Origin: Chrysomallon squamiferum
Taxonomy: Eukaryota > Animalia > Mollusca
Direction: 5' to 3'
Assembly: GCA_012295275.1 (NCBI GenBank)
Contig: CM022665.1
Span: 34,224,001-34,288,000 of the forward strand
DNA length: 64,000 nt
This document shows, in pieces, positions 42,101 to 54,100 of the stretch. Position 1 is the first letter of the stretch; each line of letters opens with the position of its first letter. The notes below the pieces were generated by a model that did not search any database, was not told the origin of the DNA, and was given only the letters and a program-made list of their open reading frames with translations. Both the position numbers and the translations under genes were made by a program.

Positions 42101-45100
42101 ACCAGTGATTCGGAAAGTGAAAATGCTGAATCTGAAACAGGTTTAAAAATGCATGAGGTTCATGAATAATCTGGAAGTAACAAAACTGAATCAGAAGTTA
42201 TAAAAGGTGTTCAAGAAAATAAAGAAGTTGCAATGGAAAGAAATGACAGTGATTTTGAACAGTCAATTTTCACAGTGAAATCTACAAAAGCAAAAGAAAT
42301 TCAAATTTCATTGGAACTGAATGGTGTGCCATTCAAAATGGAAGTAGATACAGGTGCTTCTGTATCGATAATTTCTAATAAGAGTTATCAGGAAAAATTG
42401 AAGAAAACAGTGCCATTGAAATCAACATCGATTGTGTTGAAAACTTATACAGATGAAGTGGTGCCAGTCCTTGGGCAAATTGAGGTGATTGTTAAATATG
42501 GAAAGCAGAAAAAACTTTTGCCTTTAATTGTTGTGAAAGGAAATGGACCAACTTTGTTTGGACGGAATTGGTTCCAAAACATTCAGTTGGACTGGAACAG
42601 TATTAAGCTTATGAAAGCCTGTGGAAACCCCAAAGATTTGTTCAGTAGATATTCAATTTTTTCAAATGAATTGGGAACAGTAAAAGGCATAACAGCTCAT
42701 CTGAAAGTTAAAGAGGATGCTACCTTACGCTTTGAAGGAAAAGATAGCTGATGAACTACACAGACTTGAAGCAGAAGGAATTCTAGAAAAGGTAGATTTT
42801 TCTGAATGGGCTTCTCCTGTTGTACCTGTTTTAAAACCTGACAATACCATTCGCATTTGTGGCGATTACTAGGTTACCATAAATCCTGTGTTGGAAGTGC
42901 CTGAGTACCCTTTGCCCACTGCAGAAGACATTTTCAGCAAACTCAGTGGAGGACAAAAGTTCTCCAAATTGGATTTGTCACATGCATACCAGCAAGTGTT
43001 GCTTGATGAAGAGTCGAGGAACTCTGTCACAATCAATACTCACCTTGGACTTTATCGCTATACAAGGTTGCCATTTGGAGTTGCTGCAGTGCCTGCTATT
43101 TTTCAGCTGACTATGGACAAAGTACTTCAAGGACTAAAAGGTGCAGGTTGCATTTTGGATGACATCATAGTCGCTGGAAAGGATGACACCGAACACTTGA
43201 AACATTTGTACAGCACTTTGAAACACCTAGAAAAATATGGAATTCAACTGAAAAGGTCCAAATGTGCATTAATGAAAGATGAAGTTGAGTACTTTGCATT
43301 TATTGTGAACAAAAATGGGATTCAACCTTCTGAAAGAAAAGCTGAAGCTATTCTGTAAGTGCCTGAACCTAAGAACAAGAGTGAGTTGCAATCTTGGTTA
43401 GGTATTGTGAATTATTATCGCCAGTTTGTACCCAACATGTCAACAGTGGTGGCACCGCTAACAGCGTTGTTAACCAAAGATACAGAGTGGAAATGGAGTG
43501 ATGATTGTCAGCAAGCATTTTCCAAAGTGGGAAAACTGTTAGTATCATCTAAAATTCTTGTCCACTATGACTCGATGAAACCAGTAATGTTGGCAGTAGA
43601 TGCATCTGCGCATGGTCTTGGAGCGGTAATATCACATGGAAATGAAGGATCAGATAGGCCAATAGCATACGCTTCTAGAACTCTGCAGAACGCAAGTATT
43701 TCTAAATTGAGAAAGAAACACTTGCAATAATTTTTGGAATACACAAGTTCCATCAGTACCTGTATGGTAGAAGATTTACTTTGTTCACAGATCATAAACC
43801 ACAGACAATGATTCTTGGACCTAAAAAGAATATTCCTGTTCTGACAGGTTCTCGACTACAGCATTGGGCTATTCAGTTAGCTGCATATCAATTTGACATT
43901 AAGTACAGAAAAACTACCAAAAATGGAAATGCTGATGCATTGTCCCGACTACCACTTCTGCAAACTGAAGAAATATCTGAAAGTGTGTTTTGGCATGAAG
44001 ACAAGCAAGCCATGAGAAATCAAGTCAATGGATTACCTATCACTGCAAGACATATTGCTAAAGCAACTGCAGTTGACAAAGTATTATCTCGGGTTGTACA
44101 TTATAACATGTATGGATGGCCAGAAGAGTCTTCTATTTCACCGGAGCTGTTACATTATTTCAGAGTGAAAGATGAATTAACCGTGGAGGAACACGGTCTT
44201 CTCAGAGGAATGCGAGTGATTATTCCTGATAAATATCAAACAGATATTCTGTATTCTCTTCATGAAAATTATCCGGGAATTGTGCGAATGAAATCTTTGG
44301 CTAGATTGCATGTGTGGTGGCCTCATATGGATATTGACATAGAACAGGAAGTTAGCAAGTGTAAGTGTTGCCAACTACAACAAACAGTCATGCCAAAAAG
44401 TACAGCTAATGCATGGATTTGGCCCACCAAACCATGGCAAAGAATACATGTTGATTTTGCTGGACCATTTATGAAAGAAATGTTCATGATTGTGGTGGAT
44501 GCACATTCTAAATGGATGGAAGTTTTTCGAATGTCCAGTACCAGAGCAACGCATGCAGTAGAGACATTGAGAAATCTCTTTGCAAGTTATGGAATGCCAG
44601 AGCAGTTGATTTCTGATAATGGACCTCAGTTTGTTGCAGAGGAATTTGAAACATTTCTTAGGAAAAATGGAATGAAACACATCAAATCAGATTCATTCCA
44701 TCCAAGTTCAAATGGTGAGGCAGAAAGAACTGTTCGTACATTCAAAACTGCAATGAAAACAGTTGAACATGAGTCACGAGCCATGAACCAGAAGATTTCA
44801 TCATTCTTGTTTGCGTATCGTAACACTCCGCACTGTACTACAAAATGTACTCCATCAGAATTGTTTCTTGGCAGACGTGTTCGAACGAGATTGGATATTT
44901 TGCATCCAAGTTTGGAGAACTCTGTTAAAAAAAGAACTATTCCAAAAGCAAGTAAAACACGGGTGTTCAATGTTGGAGATTCAGTACAAGTGAAGAACTA
45001 CAGAGGATCTGACAAGTGGTTGAGTGGAAAAGTATTGTGTCAGCTAGGGCCTGTTACCTACAGAGTGAAAGTTGGAGATTTTGTGTGTAAAAGACATGTG

Positions 45101-48100
45101 GATCAACTTCGTAAATGTGCGTAATTTGGAAGATAATAGGAACCCTTCCACGGAACTGTCTGCAGTTGGTACTGAGTCTGAAATGGAATTTGTTGAATTC
45201 ATTGAAAGATTGTAGAATTCGTGTTATTTTTTATTAAATTTTTAAAAAAATAAGTTTTGTTATTTGAAGTTCCGTATGTGACCAATGGACATACTTGATA
45301 AACTGTAATTGAATTATTATGGTGTCCAATGAAAAAAAAAAAAAATTAAACTTATTTGTTTTACGTTCAAAGTTCAGTTGTTTATTACTAATTAATAAAT
45401 CACACAAACTTATTTTAGAAGTTAGATATAACATAATTTGTGGGTAAACTGAAAATTTTGAGGGGAGGAAGTGTTGTATCTAAATGGTGTATATGGATTA
45501 AATTTGTTACAGTTTACGATGTTTAGGGGAACCGGAATAAGGGAGATGATATTATATGACGTCACCGGGAGCATGCGTTAGTTTTTGTTCGTAGCTATTT
45601 TTGAAACGAAATAAACTGTTTGGAAACTGAAATGAACTTTATGTTTTAACGTTAAAACATAACAATTATATTTATTTTGTTTTGTTTTATTATTTATTTA
45701 TTTATTTATTTTTATAATTATTTTATTTTTATGACAGGTGACAATTCCAGCTCTACTATACTGGTACAGAGAAGATTTCAGTGACAAAGGAGACAACCAG
45801 AATGAAATCAAGCTAGAAGGTTTGCTAACCTTTGTGGCACAGAATCTGTCAGAGGTCAAAGCTTCAGACCTAAATCAGTTGCTAAATTTTGATGAAGAAC
45901 CAGAAAATTTAGGTTTATCTTTTTATGTTTTATTTTTTAGATACTGAAAAAGTTATTTTCTTTGCTATTTCCTACTTTCCATTTATTAAAATACATCGGT
46001 TATTATTTATAAAATCTTTGTTTTTATATTTTACAACATTATCATTGATGTTGTTATCCATATATATTATAAAATAAATAGTTTTTTTAAATAATTGCCG
46101 TAGAAATAAAAATAATTAAGTGTAAAACTGATATTATTTATATTTTCTTCTATAAAATGTAAAAGGAAATGTTTTGAATATTATGTTTTGCCTATAATTA
46201 TGTATATTGAAATATTTGGATTTGATACTTTATATTGTACATTACTGATTTCTTTAGATATGTCTGGAGCAAGAGAACTACCATTCACAGTAAAACTGAT
46301 TCCTCACTCCACAGAATTTGGCTTCATTTTTGATACAAACATGATGGTCACAGGTGTGCAAGTACATCGTCAAATATCGTCTCTCCCAAACAGCTTGGAA
46401 TGTTCCACAGAGAGCATTGTCCAGAGCTATGAGTCAGGATTTGTTGTAGAGAAATCAGCATATCGACTAACACCAACAACACTGGACTACGTGAAAAATG
46501 ATTCATCACTTGTAGCAACACTGGTTAGTCTGGTGTGTGCTGATGAACTGGATGATCTTGAAATTCCAATGGAAGATTATTTTCTGTCTGAGAGTGCTAA
46601 AAGTTGCAGCACAAGTATGTCAGACATCAGTATTGTAGATACCAGAAGTTACAGGTATTTATTGTAATCTCTTTTCTGAATGTTATTACAGGAAAAAGAA
46701 CCAGATAGTTTGGGTTAGTTTTCATGCTTTAAATGTGAAAATATTATATGAGAAACAGGCCCAATATATGCTTTCAAGAAGAATTGATCATGCTATCTGT
46801 TATGCCTCAAAACACTGCTTTAACACACTGGACTACAATTCACTCAGAAAAATATCAGGTTTGGCAGTCTGTTATATTATTCATAATTCATATCAAAAGT
46901 GGTAGTTTTTATCACATAGGTGCTTTTAGTAGCCATTTGTTTTGAAACATCACAAATCCACAATATTTTTAATATTAACCTTATTTCTTTGTTACAGCCT
47001 TAGTTGAATTATTCAGCTCTAACTTAGATTACAATGCTTTTGCAAATTGTTTTGAATCTAAATATTTTATTACATTTTACAGGTATCAGAGACTGACTAA
47101 TGAATTTCCTATTCTGGAACGTCACTTACTGAACTACGTAGTGCCTCTTGCTGCTGTTGATAAACCTGAAATAATTGCTGGGAGTGAACCAATCCTGAAG
47201 TTTGTTACAAATGAGATTGATGACAAAGTTAAAGTGTGCATGCTCAGTCTCCATGACAGCATCCAGTTTGAAGAGGTGATTTCAGACATGATAAAACAAA
47301 CGTCTGCAAAGAGCAACTGGGCTGCACTTCTGAGATTGTTTCACTGTATTCCAGAATTGACAATGAATGAAAAACAAAACTGGCAGATTGTTCATGATTT
47401 TGTGTTAGGTTGCTGGGCAACCAGGCAAATAAAGTCAAATCCAGATAGTTCTCAGATTCCAGATGAGTTGAAGAAATTCTACTGTCATGATAACCAGGCA
47501 AGGACTGTGTTAGCTGTATGTGATTTAATTCCTGAATATCATGGGATAGATGTGATAGAGGCTTGCTTGATGCATTCTCTCAGTGGAAATCTTCATGACA
47601 CTTTAAAAATAAAACTGGAAAAAATGAAAATATATTCTCAGGTATTTTATACTTTTGCTTTATTTAATTTTGAATGAAAAATAATGGAACTGTTTGTTAA
47701 GTGTTTTCTAATAAATTTTTAAAATAATTTTATACCATAGAATTCTGCAATAATTAAAGAAATTGCAAAATATTTTGCTAAAATGTTTTTAACATAAATC
47801 ACAGTAAGTATTCTAGATGAAAAAAATAACAATAATTATCAATAAACGCTGTTGCATATTTTTATTTTCATCTTCTCTGTAAAATATATTTTATGATGTG
47901 ACTTGTATATTCTGTTAAGACCATGTTAACCTAACTTACTGTTTGTGTTACGTAGATTACAGACAGTGTAAAAAACCTGCAGTTCAGACTGTCTACCTCA
48001 GAATTTGTCAATACTGAGGAGATGGACATAAACAGAATGTATGCTGTCAAACTCAAATATTTCACAGATTGGAGAATTGTTGTCAAGGTTACGGAGTCTT

Positions 48101-51100
48101 CACCCAAGGAAGTGCTAGACATTTTAATAAGAAGCAGAGACTTTGAAATTGCAAAGAAATGGGCCAAAATGCATGCTTTGTCTAATGAAATAAAACTGGT
48201 AAGAATATAATTTCTTTGTTTATGTGAAGGAATTTTTGACATTTTGTTTTTAGAACTAATAATATTTTGGTCAGTATCAATGAAAATATCTTTAATTGGT
48301 TAGTTTTGAGTTGTTTGAAGATAAATATAATAGGGTTACATTATATTAACATAATTTGATTTGCTTTTACCTTGCAGGATAGTCTTGATTTATTTGAATA
48401 TTTTGACAAAACAGGTCTTAAAAATGATGTTATTTTATTATAATAATAATAATAATATTATAATGCTACTAAAAATAAAATCACATAAAAAGAGTAAAAA
48501 TCAATAATAATAATAATACAAATCTCAGCTGAATTAGACCTGAAAACATTAAATATTAAAAGTTAAATTTTATGTTGATCATTATTATATGTTTTCAGGA
48601 AATTGATGAGCAGTATATTTTGTCATTACTTGAATCAAAGAATCCAAACACAGCAAAGGCATTTCAGGTATATTTACACTGAATTAGTATTTATACATCA
48701 AAGAAGTTTGTTCCATCAGTGAGGCTTTAATAATTAAGTAAGGCACTTGATTCACTTTTTTAAGATTGACAGCAAAATGATTTGAACATTGTGCTATAGG
48801 ATTGCTAAAATAATATAGGTTTTAAGTTTAAGACTATTTAAGTTAATAATTTACATATAATATTTTAACTAGTCTCAGTAACATAAAATTGAGAAAAATT
48901 ATATTTTTGTTTGTTTGTTTGTTTCTTTGATTATTTATTTTATTTTATTTCATTATTTTTGATCTACAAATGCTAATTTTAGGTGTTGGAAGATCTTAAG
49001 GGCAATAACTCTACAGCATGTTTGTCAATGTGTGAAATGCTTTTGCAAAAGCTGACAGACTACAAAGATGTCCAGTTTATAGCAAGTTACATTCTCAACT
49101 CATTCAGAACTGAACTGAGTGATGACGTGGCTGAGAGTCACATACTTCGACTAATTGGAGCAAAAGTGAGAGAAATGTTGCAGAATCATTATAAAACAAA
49201 AAAATACAGTTGAACACCTTGAAATGCACATTCACAACCAAAAACACATACACCACACTCAGAGACATACACATTTTAAAAATTGGTTTCATTAATTAAC
49301 ACTTATTATTATTATGTAATGTTTTCCTATTATGATCCTCTGTATGATCCTCTAGTAGATCAAATTTAATTTCAAATCAGTTTAATAATCTTTAATATTT
49401 ATGTAATTTTCCATTTAATTTCAGGCACTTCTTTGTCTTCCATTTTCAATCAGAGGAGAATACTCCAATTTGGTAACTACTCCACATCTGATTCTAGAAC
49501 AACTGTTGATGAACATGAAGGTAAAAAAATCTTCTTGGTCAAAATTTTTATTAATATTGTCCTGAAATTTAATTCTTAACGAGCCAGTTAGCAAAAAGCT
49601 GTTTCTTTAAATTTGAATATAAATGATATTGGACGGGTTTTTTTTTGTTGTTTTTTTATTATTATTTTCAAAGTGTTTGTTTTTGCTTTCTGGAGTTTCA
49701 GTAATATTTATTATTTTCACTGGATTTTTTATTTTTTACAATTTTTGTTGTTGTATTACAACATATATTTGTTAACTTTATTTTTACTTCTTTTTTTTCA
49801 TCAACTTTTTTAAATGTCATTTTAGGTTGACTTAGCTGGTCAAGTTTTTCTCAAAATTAATGGCGATTTTTCCCAGATCCAGACACAAAGTCTAAAATGC
49901 ACAACAGAACAGTTTAATGAACTTCTTATTGAATATGCAACAAAAGCTGTGGAAGTGACAGTTGTACAGGTCATAGAATCAGGTAATTTTTTTAATTATT
50001 ATTACTTTCTAAAACAAATTATTCTAAATATTCCTTTTTTTTTTTTTCTTTTTTTTTTTCTTCATTTAAACCAAAACACTGATATAAAGGATGTTTTTGA
50101 TACAAAGAATATTGTATTACTAAGTTATTATTATTTTTAGAAAATTTTATGTTCATAAACTTTTTCACACATAAATTTACACAAAGATAAATAGTTTTAT
50201 ACATATGTATTCTCATCGTTACAGGCTCCACAGAAACAGATTCTTACAATCAGAAGTATTTAATTCAAAGACATTTTCATATCTTTTTCTTATTAACCAA
50301 CATGATTAATATGAAATAAAATTGTTTGGTTCTATTATTTATAGTATTACTCTTGGTTATATAAAAATAAAGGGACTCTGTTAAAATGCCTCTATATTTT
50401 CACAGATAAAGAAAGAAGTCAAAGTTTGTGTTCAGGTGGCTCAGCAAAGAATGAAGAAGGCGAGATGACTACTTCTACTACACGTTACTTTAATGAGTCT
50501 GTCAGAGTCAGAAGAATGGGATTTGATGGAACAGGTTCAGATACTATTATTTTAATTTTATTATTATTATCTTTTAATAACAATCATTACAAAATCTGAA
50601 ACAGTCTTTAACTTAAATCATTTTACTTTAATGGGTCAGAAGAATGGGATTTAATAAATCAGTTACAAATAGTTATATTTTTATTTCTCATTTCATTCTT
50701 TATTTTATTATTGTTATTATCATTTATTATTAATTTTTTTATATATATTTTAAGTGTTCATTACAAAATTCTGTACAAATAAAATCTGAAATGATTTTTA
50801 AATAATTCAAAAAAAAATTTTAAATGAAAATTCTGACATCATGGATACCAGAAATGGATACCATAATGTGTGATTATTTATTTTTATGAGAAATGAAAAT
50901 TTTTGATACTTCATAAATTATAATACAATTGTTATTTCAGTGTCACCAAAAACTGTGATAGGTTCTCCACTTGGAAGTAGTCCAGGAATGAACAAAAGGA
51001 TTGTATCTCCAGTGTCTAGTCAGGGTAAATTTATGATGCCAGTACAGCCCCCACCCAAAGAGAAGTGGGTTCCAGATTCGGCTACAGCAGTGTGTATGGT

Positions 51101-54100
51101 TTGCAAAGTGGAGAGATTCAGCATGGTAAATAAAGTTTAAAAAAATTCTTTAATGACAGTTTGATGTTGTACTGTGTGTATGTGTGTATGGGCTATTTAC
51201 ACACATGCATGCACACACACACATATTAGTATATATTCATGATAACATTAATTAACTGTTTTCTAAAATTAGCATTAATCTGATTTTGTTGATTGTGGAA
51301 TTCATAGCAATAACAATGAACAGTTTAAATTTAGAATTTTAATTTGGTTTTGTTTTGAATTTATATTTTTAAGAGTGTTGTTAGGTGGGATTGTTTTGGG
51401 TTTTGGGGGGTTTTAAGTTGTTTTTTAAATTTTACATCAGGTTTAAGAATAAAGTCCTGGAAAAAATAAAATAGGATTAAATTATTTTACTGTCAATTAC
51501 AGCAACAGTTTTAATAATGTTTAAATCATTTTTATGACATCATATAAAGATTTATCCACAAATTGTTTTACATTTTAAATATTAAATTAGTTTAATCGAC
51601 GTCATCACTGCCGACAATGTGGTCGTGTTGTGTGTGCAGCATGCTCTACAAAGAGAACTGTGATTGGAGGAGAATCTGCAAGGATTTGTGATGACTGTTA
51701 CAATCAGATTTACAACCCAAGGTCTGTTAAAAATATTTTTATGTTTTATAGTATTTTTTGTTTGTTCCTTTTTTTATTTTGTTTTTATGTTGCAGAATCA
51801 TTTATGTAATACACAGCATTGTTTGTTTATCCAAAAAAATGTTTTTTGTCAAAAAGACTGAAACTGTAATGAAGAATATTTGTGTGATATCCCTTTCACT
51901 GTGTAATTAAAAATAGCTCCCAGCAAAATTAACTAGACTAGTACTTGCTCTGCCACCCCACAGACTGCAGCACAAACTGAGCTGATATGATGTTTGGGAG
52001 TCATTATAATTATTTTGCTGAAGTTCCAGTTAGTGGGTTTTTTAAGGTTTTATTTTATTAATATTTTAGTTTCAGGTTTAAAATTTACATTCTGTTGGAG
52101 AAAAACTAAATTATTTTTTTATTATGTTTATAAACTTTTTATATATATTTTTTTATATTTAGTGATATGAAATCTAGAGAAGGAGAGTTTTACAGCCAGC
52201 GGAGGAAAGAGAGTATTAGTGTAGCTAGTACCAGTGTTCATGGAGATTCCCCATCTAGAGTGAACTCCCCTGAGTTACATATAGAAGGTCAAGGAGTAGA
52301 TATTCTCTATGATGATGGAATATGGCAACTCAGCACTGATGTTAATCACAACATTGCAGTCAGAGAAGAATTCTATTATGAGCAGGTAACAAAGTTAATT
52401 AACTTAAAAAAAATATTCTTTCATGATGGAGCAAATGTTCATTTATTTTGTGTTTATTATTTTTCTATTTAGTTTTCTGTTTATTTATTTTTGAAACCAC
52501 TGAATTTTAACTTAAAAATAATGAACTTGAAAGCTAAATTAAAAATATTTTATGAATCTCTATTTTTGTTATTTTTTAAATAAATTATTTTGGTTGGTGT
52601 GATGTACAAATCATATAACACAAAGAAATGGAATTTGAATTTCAGAACTACAGTGAATTAAATTTATATTTGATTTTATAATTTTGTGTTATTATTGCTA
52701 CTACCACAACTATTACACCAAGCACAGAAATTGTCATAATGTTAAAAATATTGTTTTACTATATTTAATTTTCTGGATATTTGTTTACAAATTCTTTTCA
52801 GGCTCCTAGTGTGTCTCTCTGTATGTCAATATTGCATCTCCATAGCGACCAACAGCAGTGTGGTCAGCAGATGTTAAGGATGTGTGACTATTTGTCAGAG
52901 TTTTTACAACCTGTGTCACCAGGAGTACCAAACCCAGAAGTGGACTATGCCCTCATTATCAGGTACAAAACCCGACCATCTCAGATTTTTATAAAACTTG
53001 GTATACTTGTTGACTGGATCCCTCAGCACCAAATCTGAAATATTAGCCCAGTCGGATCAGTGGTGTGGGAGATATGGCCCACCAAATTTTGAGATTTTTG
53101 GCAAAAATGGGGGCATGACCACCAACCTTTGAACCCTCATATCTCAGGAACCACTGGGCCAATCTTCATAAAATTGGTATTGTTGAAAAGGCAGTATGAC
53201 AAGAATTCCAAATCTGCCATTTTTGTTCAGTTTGGGGTACACTGATCTTTTGACCTTTGTTATGACCTTGAAATTGACCTTGTGGATCACGTGACCTTAA
53301 GATGACCTTTATTGAAATTTAATCTCCCACATGTTAACTAAAACATATAAAAGTTTCCTGGGTGTAATACTTTTTGTTTAGCCATAATATAGATTCAAAA
53401 AATGCATACCTGCATGGATGATTGATACAATGCATTACAATGTACATTTTCTACATGTACAGACTTCTCTGAGACCAAAAACTCATCTTTGGAGTCAAAA
53501 TCCACCTAACATGTCTGAAGGAATGCCCAAAGGATATGAAAAGATGCCAAATGGCATGAGATGTTCAACACAATTAGGCCCAAAGGGTTAACAGGAAGTG
53601 ATGCTTCAGGCATGTCAGGAACTCCTTGAAATCCCCATTGAGCACATGGCAATTAGAAGTTTAAGACAAAGAAGTTTCTTTATCTGCATTTCTTTGACAA
53701 TCTGACGCCTTCAAGCTGGACACAATGTCAGATGTTGATATGTAGTCATTTTATCATGTCATGTGGCCTTGCCAATGGTTTTGAACAAGGTTTCAGTCAA
53801 CCACAGTACAACCCAATCTGAAATCAGACTTCATCAAATCTATATTGTGGCTAAACAAAAAATATTACACCCAGGAAACTTTTATATGTTTTAATTAACA
53901 TGTGGGAGATTAAATTTCAATAAAGGTCATCTCAAGGTCACGTGAACCACAAGGTCATAACAAAGGTCAAAAGGTGACTGATCAATAATGGCAGATTTGG
54001 AATCCTTGTCATATTGCCTTTTCAACAATACCAGTTTTATGAAGATTGGCCCAGTAGTTCATGAGATATGAGGGTTCAAAGGTTGGTGGTCATGCCCATT

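Larger units (their letters stand above)
41038..45664 (+). mobile_element. Full-length decayed Ty3/Gypsy LTR retrotransposon (Mag/SURL-like) in a ZFYVE26 intron, sense orientation
   Basis: TG..CA LTRs at 41038-41213 and 45472-45664; 5-bp TSD ATTAT (41033-41037 and 45665-45669); PBS at 41216; PPT gaggggaggaag at 45460-45471; domain order gag-PR-RT-RH-IN. Confidence 0.97.
38569..46330 (+). other. DUF547-like domain encoded by ZFYVE26 exons 38569-38798, 39218-39351, 39795-39880, 40202-40302, 40641-40733, 45738-45912 and the start of the exon at 46258
   Basis: Spliced translation: ELQNSDLTSLKSRETTLCFLVNLQNIMTIH..FAYRVGQLGVVSLFDLK..EPRLLFALTDGSLSSPPVQVLTPELLDVQLQKATKSFLQHTVVVD..VTIPALLYWYREDF..VKLIPHSTEF. 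This follows the DUF547 motif order as I recall it; no HMM was run. Confidence 0.75.

Noticed and set aside
41975-42232. Programmed stop read-through or frameshift between gag and pol
   Set aside because: The element has many other random stops and frameshifts, so these stops are better explained by decay.
43781-45124. 447 aa ORF as a domesticated integrase gene
   Set aside because: It is the longest unbroken piece of pol inside a complete LTR element, has no ATG start, and its HHCC motif has an H>Y change.
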